From NCBI GenBank assembly GCA_963693365.1, contig CAVNZM010000003.1, positions 4,411,106 through 4,475,105 on the forward strand: DNA of 64,000 bases, read 5' to 3'. The stretch comes from Amoebidium appalachense. Its lineage: Eukaryota; Protista; Ichthyosporea. Shown piece by piece: positions 29,390-39,684 of this stretch (positions within the stretch are counted from its first letter, which is position 1; each line of letters begins with the position of its first letter). A program made the position numbers and the translations under genes. The notes beneath the pieces were generated by a model. It made no database searches, was not told the origin of the DNA, and saw only the letters and a program-made list of their open reading frames with translations.

Positions 29390-30068
29390 GGAGGGGGGGA
29401 GGGGGGGGGGGGGGGAGGTGTGTGTGTGTGTGGGCGGGGGGGGGGGGGGGTTAGAACAGTGTGGTGTAATCTGTACCGCAAGTAATGGAAAAGCTAGATG
29501 GAGGGGAAGAGGGGTAGACAGTGAAACACAACTACAGTGAACCGTTCTCTTTACTCCTCTCCTCCTTTCTTCTTCTTCTTCTTTTTTTTTCTTTTTTTTC
29601 TTTTCTTTTTTTCTTTCTTTTTTTGGCGCTGTTTGTTTTGTGGTTTTTCCTTAACCTTCCACACGCATGCCTACATCACACACATGGACATAAGGGCCAT
29701 CCCCAGCCTCAGCAAGACCGTGCTGATTGTCGTCAAGGCACCAGAGGGAACACGCATGCGCATCCCAGACCCTGACCCGGTACTTAATACCCCCCCTTCT
29801 CCTCCCCCCCCCCCCCCCCCTCCCCCCCCCCCCCCCGAAAAAAAAAGAAAGAAGGAAAAAAAGAAAAGAGAAGGGAAAGGCGCACACGCGCGCAGAGAGT
29901 GGGAGAGATTGGAGAGAGAGAGGGTGTGTGTGTGTGTGTGTGTGTGTGAGGGAGAGAAGGAGAGAGAGAGAGAGAGAGAGAGAGGAGAATGAGAGAGAGA
30001 GAGAGAGAGATTAGAGACGGAGAGAGAGATAAGAGAGAGGGAGAGAGAGGGAGACACAGACACAGACA

Positions 30069-30111
<43 letters not shown>

Positions 30112-30121
30112 ACGCACACGC

Positions 30122-30167
<46 letters not shown>

Positions 30168-33100
30168 ACAGACACACAGGTCATTATGGATTCTGCACCG
30201 TGTCAATCTTGGTATTGTCGTCATGCACATGTACAACATGCATTCCCCCCCCCCCCCCCCCCTCCTTCCCCTCCACTCAGTGTACCCCCCCCTCCCCCCC
30301 CCCCCCCAAAAAAAAAAAAAAAAAAAAAAACACATACACATACACATACATATACCACACAAGCACGCACGCAGATGCACATATATGCACGCACAGCCAT
30401 GAGAGTTATGCACACACACCCACACATATAAACACACACGCACACTATCATAGCACTTTCTCATTTGCTGATTCCTGTTTGGGCTGAGCACCTGCACCAA
30501 ACCTTATATCCAACCTACCATCCCATCTGCTCATCCTGTCATACTCTGCACTCCTACCAGGTAATCCACATTAGTCTGTGATTAATGACGTCACCACTAC
30601 CCCACCACCCACTTATCACTCACCAATATATCATGGCGTGCAGTGTACCAAGAATTAAAACTAAAAAACCAAATTTGAAGACTAACCCTTCACCCACAGG
30701 AGGAAGAGATTTGCGATCGAAAATTCCAGATCCAGCTCACGTCCATGTCCAAAGAGCCAATCGACTGCCTTCTAGTCGACCAATTGGACGCGAGCGCCGC
30801 CGAAACGCCTGAATCTGATTCGCTGAGCCCGATCGTCGGAGAGGATCAGATAATCGAAATGGAACCGTTTGAGTTTTCCGTTGCCCGTCCAATGATGTTG
30901 ATCGAAACACCCGATATGGAAATGTATAGATACCAGAGGGAAACGAAGCGCGTGGAAGATTCTTTAGCTGAATTGGAGGAATACGCTACGATTTGCCAGC
31001 AACAAAAAGCGTTGGCACTTCTAGATACGGCCGTCGCCGCCGTTAAATGCCACGCAGCGAGAGACCCCCATCTCGTGCAAACGGTCCAAACAACTGGGCT
31101 CGCCGACAAAAACCCTCCCTCGGCGTTGAACCCATGGGGAAATTCGGAACTGGGGCAGAACGGACATCTTGCAAACACCCCTGCGTCCAATCTAATTCGA
31201 CGACCGACGACGGCGCCGCGTCCCCCAGCGAAAACCGCCAAGGAAGGGAGAAAGGAGAAATCGGCGCGTGATCCCGGACCAATCGGAAGGTCAATGTCGA
31301 ATATGATTGGCTCCCGGCTACCCGTGTCCCCTATCATGTTTCTTTCGAGCTCCACGGGTGATAGCATGGATGGGCTCACGTGCACGCAATCGATGTCTGA
31401 TCGCGATCTGAGTCTCTCCTACGCGCTCTCCGACTACGGGAATCTGAACACCAGTTTGTTCAACCTCGATTTCGGAAATTCCAACGACTCGCTCGGGTTC
31501 CTTATTTCGCCAACCGTCGCGCAAGACGTCAATACGGGAGCGTCAAAAACACCGGATATTGCAAACGAAAATCAAGATATGATGTCCATGCACGCCCAGG
31601 CCCTCGCAATGTCGTATGCAAACAGTGCGGAAAAGAACCTTCAAATGCCGCAAACACAAAATCCGGAAATCGGCGCCTATACGACCCCGCAAAAGTCATC
31701 ATCAAATTTCCTGCAAGTTCCGGAATCGGGCTCCGGCAGCAAGCGAATTTCGTTCACTTTGGAACCCCTCCCTGTTGGAGTGCAGACTTACGCTCACTCC
31801 ACAATATGTGTATGTTAGCTTTACAATTGGTTCCGTGTACACAGACACACGCTGACACTCGATCACCACATGCACATCTGCATAGTTGAGGAATGTTGCC
31901 AATTGTGTTTTGACTGCAAACGATTGGTTCACTGGTCCCAGAGATCTCTAAATGAAAGTAACCAATCCGATTAGCGCCTGGCATCCGGATTACATTCCAG
32001 ACTGCTGCCCCACGGGTATATAAACCACGGCTCTGCCAGGTGCAGAAATGGAGTTCAGTCATGGAGTTCAGTCATGGAGTTCAGTCATGGAGTTAACACA
32101 CTGAAAGCAGTAAAAAACGGGTCAGCGCCCAAGCGCGCCACGACGACCCTAGTCACAGCGGACTCTACTTCCAACAGGGTTATGGGCCCAGACACGACAC
32201 CGCGGCCTCTAACTTCATTAGAGACTTTCGCTTCCACAAACTCCATCCGCAGCAGCCTGCGACATCAACGTCAAGTATTCCACTTCATTGGCGGGGCACG
32301 CACCACAGTGGAATGCACACCCCGGTCTACCCTGCAAGCAGCCACACTCACTCTCTCTTCTCTAGTGGTGTGTACACTTCTCCAATTGGGTAGGGGTGTT
32401 GGAGTGCAGACTTACGCTCACTCCACAATATGTGTATGTTAGCTTTACAATTGGTTCCGTGTACATAGACACATGCTGACACTCGATCACCACATGCACA
32501 TCTGCATAGTTGAGGAATGTTGCCAATTGTGTTTTGACTGCAAACGATTGGTTCACTGGTCCCAGAGATCTCTAAATGAAAGTAACCAATCCGATTAGCG
32601 CCTGGCATCCGGATTACATTCCAGACTGCTGCCCCACGGGTATATAAGCCACGTCTCTGCCAGGTGCAGAAATGGAGTTAAGTCATGGAGTTCAGTCATG
32701 GAGTTAACACACTGAAAGCAGTAAAAAAAACGGGTCAGCGCCCAAGCGCGCCACGACGACCCTAGTCACAGCGGACTCTACTTCCAACAGGGTTATGGGC
32801 CCAGACACGACACCGCGGCCTCTAACTTCACGTCCCCTACGACGCCTTGAACGGAGGAGCCAGAAACCGACTTCTAGGCTGTACCCTACACCCGCGAGCG
32901 TATTTCCGTGAAGTAGAGACTTTCGCTTCCACAAACTCCATCCGCAGCAGCCTGCGACATCAACGTCAAGTATTCCACTTCATTGGCGGGGCACGCACCA
33001 CAGTGGAATGCACACCCCGGTCTACCCTGCAAGCAGCCACACTCACTCTCTCTTCTCTAGTGGTGTGTACACTTCTCCAATTGGGTAGGGGTGTTGGAGT

Positions 33101-33708
33101 GCAGACTTACGCTCACTCCACAATATGTGTATGTTAGCTTTACAATTGGTTCCGTGTACACAGACACACGCTGACACTCGATCACCACATGCACATCTGC
33201 ATAGTTGAGGAATGTTGCCAATTGTGTTTTGACTGCAAACGATTGGTTCACTGGTCCCAGAGATCTCTAAATGAAAGTAACCAATCCGATTAGCGCCTGG
33301 CATCCGGATTACATTCCAGACTGCTGCCCCACGGGTATATAAACCACGGCTCTGCCAGGTGCAGAAATGGAGTTCAGTCATGGAGTTCAGTCATGGAGTT
33401 CAGTCATGGAGTTAACACACTGAAAGCAGTAAAAAACGGGTCAGCGCCCAAGCGCGCCACGACGACCCTAGTCACAGCGGACTCTACTTCCAACACTCCC
33501 CGCTCTCGACACCGATATTAGCAGTCAGCTCACATCGACATTTTCGTCCCAAAGCGCTGCCGATTGCGAAATTTCACCCGCGATCGTGCGATTGGACATG
33601 TCGCTACTCGAGGAGCAGCCCGATTACTTCTTCAATCTGGATGACAGCGAAGGGGTGGCCGATTTCTACGATTTCGATCTGTTGGGGGTTGGTGAATTAG
33701 ATGTGTGA
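25384..33708 (+). CDS. E2F: E2F transcription factor (~659 aa without the insertion); last exon interrupted by an LTR/TRIM element
   Basis: Exons 25384-25398 (tentative), 26266-26410, 27886-28075, 28783-29016, 29665-29779, 30700-31772 + 33501-33708 (1980 nt). Cyclin-binding AKRRL; DNA-binding domain GLLTRRF..AAEKLGVTKRRLYDISNILEGVGLV; coiled coil; marked box AYITHMDIR..VKAPEGT..PDP..FQIQLTS..PIDCLL; pocket-protein motif DYFFNLDDSEGVADFYD after the insertion. Unspliced read-through stops at 31816-31818. Confidence 0.92.
29017..29664 (+). other. U12-type (minor spliceosome) AT-AC intron in E2F
   Basis: 5' end ATATCCAC, perfect U12 branch site TTCCTTAAC at 29647-29655, AC terminus at 29663-29664. 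Removal joins ETMS/HAYIT in frame at the position where animal E2F genes have their conserved U12 intron. Confidence 0.88.
31773..33495 (+). mobile_element. Non-autonomous Ty1/copia-type tandem-array TRIM (LTR-int-LTR-int-LTR), copy 1, in the E2F last exon
   Basis: LTRs 31773-32176, 32397-32789, 33092-33495 with TGTTGGA...TCCAACA ends; 5-bp TSD CTCCC (31768-31772, 33496-33500); PBS GGGTTATGGGCCCAG (32177-32191) complementary to the anticodon half of tRNA-iMet as in copia; PPT GGGTAGGGG; TATATAAA at 32017; non-coding internal segments of 220 and 302 bp. Confidence 0.95.
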
Positions 33709-34497
33709 AATTTCAGACTTTGTCGGCATGGTATGCGCAATGTAAAAGTTGGCATGTAGGATTGTGTGTGAACATATGAATGAAAGACCCCTCCCCCCTT
33801 CCTATCTTCTGATAAATTGCTTGCAAGTATAACTCATGGCATACGAGTTATAGATTTACAGTACATAACCTAGACTAAGAGGGCCACAATAAGTGTTCCC
33901 TTTTCTCCCTTTAACACATATCCCGTTTGGTACGTATATAACATCTTTCGCGTGTCTACCACAATAGACTATCGAAACAGGCCTAAATCCTAAATGGGTA
34001 AGCCCTCTAGCGTCACAGGTAGAGTTTTCTTTTGTTTTTATTTGATATTTTCTCTGAGTTTTTTAAACCAAATAGTGCGTGCACGTGCGCACACCACTAT
34101 TCCCCTTAGACTTCAACCAAAACCGAGGTTACGCCCTCTACACTGCATTGTTATTCCCAAGTACAAAATATATCTGAGATAGTTTCTGTTTCCTTTCACA
34201 GGCTGCTAGGTTAGCCTTCAATGATATGCTTTAATTGTGTTAAAACCGCTACTAAAGTATTCTTCTTGGTTTATTCTTAATGATTTACGTTTTTAGTGGT
34301 TTAAAGTGGCTTAAAGTCATATCACAATATTGCCACATACATTAATGAGACGTGTGGACTATGGCTGGGCCATGGAATAGGTTGTTGGCTGTGATGTGTA
34401 GATCTACTACAGCCCGAATTTAGAGTATCTCGTGCTCTGGTGGGCCTACTAAGACTGCGAAAATACTAAAAAATACTGCAGACGTGATATATATACA

Positions 34498-35452
34498 TCT
34501 TTCGAATATGGACTTCCGCTATTGGCCTGCGCCCCACCTCGCGAGGCGGCAATGGCGCTGAACGAGTTCGACGATTTTCAGGGTACTGCGCTACGCACTT
34601 TGTTTCGTACTCGGTTTGTGCCTCCCTTAATCAGTATGTTTGGATTGTCGTCTGCTGTTTGTCGTATGGAGGAATTGTCTCTTCGTTTTTGTTTTCATTT
34701 AGTTAGGCTACCTGATGGTCACCCTCTTTATGCTTTCTTTCCCCCCCCTCCCTCCATCCCTCTTCCCCCCCGATTCACCCACGCTACTTCTGAATGTCCT
34801 CAGCCTACACTCTTTCCACCTGATTCTTCCTCTCGCTATCTCACTCCCTCTTTCTTTTCTCTTCCTGTTTTTTGTGCCTTTTCGCGTTATTACCATACGC
34901 AGTATAAGTTTCTTTCTCGTTCTGATAGAGAAATCAAAGGTAAAACTCAGTCGGCATGTGTTATGTTCCTTAGGCAACACCGTACTGATCATTATCGCTT
35001 TTTGGGAGCTTTGGCAGGATACATTTCTCCTGCTGTACGTATGGATACCACCCTAGTAGATAAGTCTGTATGGTGCTCTGATGTTGATATTGCCTGGGAA
35101 GTTGTGCAGTGGCGCTGTAATTCTTGTTTTCATCGCCGCTGGTGCCACTTTTGTGCTGACCTTTTTAATCGCAAGCATGTTGATAGGTGTGAATTTTTAT
35201 GTCGCGTTTTACCTCTTTCCCTCCGGGTATCTGCTACACTAGCTGGCATTAATGTGAACACTTTAGACTTTTTGTTGAATTCTGTTGGTCGTCACATAAT
35301 GATAATTGAGTATTTATATGATTTTCACACAGTGTTCAGGTATCTCAGTATGCACTTGTTACTGGCTAACTCGTGAAGTTTTTATTGTCTTCTCAGTATG
35401 CCGTGCATACTTGCATATCTTTCCGTCGAATAAATCCAGTCAAAAGAAACAA
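34498..35452 (+). mobile_element. 5'-truncated non-LTR retroelement fragment (end of RT thumb plus C-terminal Cys/His region), ORF 34522-35376
   Basis: Open frame begins FEYGLPLL, then Q..ALR..F..R..ELSLRF..LP and WRC..C..C..RKHVDRC..LDFLLN. This matches my recollection of C-termini of LINE-like RTs from early-diverging fungi and needs an HMM search. Possible 11-bp TSD ATATATATACA at 34487-34497 and 35453-35463, with an A-rich 3' end. T-rich and intronless. Confidence 0.65.
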
Positions 35453-35614
35453 ATATATATACACAAAAAAGAAACCCTGTACGCACCTGTATACAAGTCA
35501 TGTTAACAGTCGTAGCGTGCAATGGTTTTTTTTTTTTCTTTTTTTTTCGTAGGTTGTACATGTACTATCCGCCGGATGTGCTCTGATGTATAGTTGGCAC
35601 TTGTTCATAATCAC

Positions 35615-35656
<42 letters not shown>

Positions 35657-36867
35657 ACCCACCCACACACCCACACACACACCCACACACACCCACACAC
35701 ACACACACCCCACCCACCCACCCACCCACCCACCCACCCACACACACACACACACCCCACCCACCCACCCACCCCCCGGGCGGACGAATAGCCTTAAAAC
35801 ACGGTGCAGCAACCCCCCGGCTAGAAAATAGAAACCCCCATGCAGCTAGATAGACTCTCGTACACCCCCTGGACGGGATATAACTGTATCATATTCGTGA
35901 TTAGGAGGTGGCCACCCACACAGAATATATGTACAGATTGTACTACAAATACTAACGTGATTCGGTATACCTAACTTGCACACACACTACATTAGTGTAC
36001 AATTACGTATGTAGTGGATCCCAACCGCTTTCGAACTCGGCCGTAACTTACCTGGGGCAGAACGGCAAGGGAGAGGGGCGGGGAGGAGGATCCGGATCCG
36101 TCGGTACCGAGCGTTGCCTTTGCATACGCATTGCATGCACTCAGTACATGTGTGTAAACTTAAACATGCAGTAAGCCTTTAAAATTTGCATGCATATGCA
36201 TTGTACGCATGTCCCCAGGACACGAACACACGTGTGTCACAGTGACGTTTGTGCACGTTAAACTCTGCAACATGTGGCGTGTTAGTATATCTATATAAAC
36301 TTTATTTTTTTTTGCGCACAAAAACTTCCCGCCCAAATTTCTATACTTGGCTTTTCGTGCAATAGCAATCACGCAAAAATTATTGGTCCACACTTGATTT
36401 TTTCATATAGCTATAGCCGGACGAGGCCGCGGCCATCTTGAATACACAAGACTCACTATATATATGTACCACGTACAGTCAACAATTTCGAACAATCTGC
36501 ACAGCCACGGCCCGGATTTATTTTAAATTTAAAATTATTAATAAGTACATGGTTCGCCAAAGTAATCCCGGTAATTATAACATTACATAGATACGCCTTG
36601 GCTTTGTTTCTTATAATAGTTGTTGCCCATGCATATGCATATACACACATCATACATCTGTGGATTTTACGTTTAAGAGACATGTATATATGATCATGAT
36701 ACGAAACAAGATGCAATGAATCGGATACCAGATCAGTGGAATCGATATTCAGTGCTGCATAACAGTCCCTAAAGACCAGCTTCAGAGAAAGAACCCCCCA
36801 CCTCCAACAGAGCAAAAAAATAGCGGGAAAAAGTTTCCTTCAAAAAACACAAATATTCAAGTAAGAT

Positions 36868-36902
<35 letters not shown>

Positions 36903-36980
36903 ACAACCATATGAAATCAAAATCAAAACCCCAATCTGAAAACAAAACCACAATCAACCATAACCACACATATATCCCGA

Positions 36981-39647
36981 TTACATACACAATCGGATCA
37001 CACAATTGTTGGAAGTAGAGTCCGCTGTGACTAGGGTCGTCGTGGCGCGCTTGGGCGCTGACCCGTTTTTTACTGCTTTCAGTGTGTTAACTCCATGACT
37101 GAACTCCATGACTGAACTCCATGACTGAACTCCATGACTGAACTCCATGACTTAACTCCATGACTTAACTCCATGACTGAACTCCATGTCTGAACTCCAT
37201 GTCTGCACCTGGCAGAGACGTGGCTTATATACCCGTGGGGCAGCAGTCTGGAATGTAATCCGGATGCCAGGTGCTAATCGGATTGGTTACTTTCATTTAG
37301 AGATCTCTGGGACCAGTGAACCAATCGTTTGCAGTCAAAACACAATTGGCAACATTCCTCAACTATGCAGATGTGCATGTGGTGATCGAGTGTCAGCGTG
37401 TGTCTGTGTACACGGAACCAATTGTAAAGCTAACATACACATATTGTGGAGTGAGCGTAAGTCTGCACTCCAACACCCCTACCCAATTGGAGAAGTGTAC
37501 ACACCACTGTAGAGAAGAGAGAGTGAGTGTGGCTGCTTGCAGGGTAGACCGGGGTGTGCATTCCACTGTGGTGCGTGCCCCGCCAATGAAGTGGAATACT
37601 TGACGTTGATGTCGCAGGCTGCTGCGGATGGAGTTTGTGGAAGCGAAAGTCTCTACTTCACGGAAATACGCTCGCGGGTGTAGGGTACAGCCTAGAAGTC
37701 GGTTTCTGGGCTCCTCCGTTCAAGGCGTCGTAGGGGACGTGAAGTTAGAGGCCGCGGTGTCGTGTCTGGGCCCATAACCCTGTTGGAAGTAGAGTCCGCT
37801 GTGACTAGGGTCGCCGTGGCGCGCTTGGGCGCTGACCCGTTTTTTTTACTGCTTTCAGTGTGTTAACTCCATGGCTGCACTCCATGACTGAACTCCATGT
37901 CTGAACTCCATGTCTGCACCTGGCAGAGACGTGGCTTATATACCCGTGGGGCAGCAGTCTGGAATGTAATCCGGATGCCAGGTGCTAATCGGATTGGTTA
38001 CTTTCATTTAGAGATCTCTGGGACCAGTGAACCAATCGTTTGCAGTCAAAACACAATTGGCAACATTCCTCAACTATGCAGATGTGCATGTGGTGATCGA
38101 GTGTCAGCGTGTGTCTGTGTACACGGAACCAATTGTAAAGCTAACATACACATATTGTGGAGTGAGCGTAAGTCTGCACTCCAACACCCCTACCCAATTG
38201 GAGAAGTGTACACACCACTGTAGAGAAGAGAGAGTGAGTGTGGCTGCTTGCAGGGTAGACCGGGGTGTGCATTCCACTGTGGTGCGTGCCCCGCCAATGA
38301 AGTGGAATACTTGACGTTGATGTCGCAGGCTGCTGCGGATGGAGTTTGTGGAAGCGAAAGTCTCTACTTCACGGAAATACGCTCGCGGGTGTAGGGTACA
38401 GCCTAGAAGTCGGTTTCTGGGCTCCTCCGTTCAAGGCGTCGTAGGGGACGTGAAGTTAGAGGCCGCGGTGTCGTGTCTGGGCCCATAACCCTGTTGGAAG
38501 TAGAGTCCGCTGTGACTAGGGTCGTCGTGGCGCGCTTGGGCGCTGACCCGTTTTTTTTTTTTTTACTGCTTTCAGTGTGTTAACTCCATGACTGAACTCC
38601 ATGACTGAACTCCATGACTGAACTCCATGACTGAACTCCATGACTTAACTCCATGACTGAACTCCATGTCTGAACTCCATGTCTGCACCTGGCAGAGACG
38701 TGGCTTATATACCCGTGGGGCAGCAGTCTGGAATGTAATCCGGATGCCAGGTGCTAATCGGATTGGTTACTTTCATTTAGAGATCTCTGGGACCAGTGAA
38801 CCAATCGTTTGCAGTCAAAACACAATTGGCAACATTCCTCAACTATGCAGATGTGCATGTGGTGATCGAGTGTCAGCGTGTGTCTGTGTACACGGAACCA
38901 ATTGTAAAGCTAACATACACATATTGTGGAGTGAGCGTAAGTCTGCACTCCAACAACAATCACATCTCATCGTGTGGTGGTTGGTGTCCCACCTGCTTGC
39001 TAACTCCAAGTGGCGAATGTGGCCCCTGATTAATATTCCCCCCTCCCCACCCTCCCCTCCCCCCTCCCCACCCTCCTCCCCCGATAACACCGTAACCGTT
39101 GTAACCACAACCACATTCTCTCCCTCTACCCCCTCTTCAAACCCCCCCTGCCCAACAACACCCCCCTCCCCATCAACCCCCCCATCCCCCTGAATTTCAC
39201 CCCCAAAATCCCCTTGAGCTATCTCCATACTCGTAGTGACATAGTTTCCTTCATAATCACCTTCGGCCCTCTCCCCTTCCACCCCCACCACCCCCTCCCC
39301 TTCCACTCCCCTGTGTTCATGCACGCTCGTGTCATAATGTTCATTCGCTGCGTGATGAATTACTTGTCCGTGTGTGTTTGGCTCCAGCGCTTTTGTAGCC
39401 ACGTCTAGGGGGCCAGGTACTGTGTGCATGTGGTCTCTACTCTGCATTCCGACGATAAACACACACAGGCAGCTCAATAGGAGAACCAACCAAGGGAGGT
39501 AGCCCAAATCCTCCCTGTCGTCTTCTTTGGCTTCCCTCCAATCTGCAACGGGAAGAAAAAGTGAGAGAAAAAACCAAAGGGGTGAAAGATCGGGGTGCAC
39601 AGCAGTTGGGGGGGGGGGGGGGGGGGGGGAACGGGAGTTGGGGGAGT

Positions 39648-39684
<37 letters not shown>

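Noticed and set aside
30846-31385. 179-aa minus-strand ORF (and the 260-aa plus ORF at 47340-48122)
   Set aside because: Antisense shadows of real coding exons.
33496-37006. Composite transposon formed by the two inverted TRIMs
   Set aside because: Each TRIM has its own distinct TSD and the host gene ends between them are collinear, so they are independent insertions.
37186-37603. Recurrent 60-110 aa ORFs (MSELHVCTWQ.., MNQSFAVK..)
   Set aside because: Antisense frames within LTRs, repeated only because the LTR is repeated, with no gag/pol motifs.
37007-38955. Repeat-spacer-repeat pattern and 13-bp array as a CRISPR-like locus
   Set aside because: The spacers are copies of each other, the repeats are 400-470-bp LTRs with PBS, PPT and TSD, and no cas genes are present.
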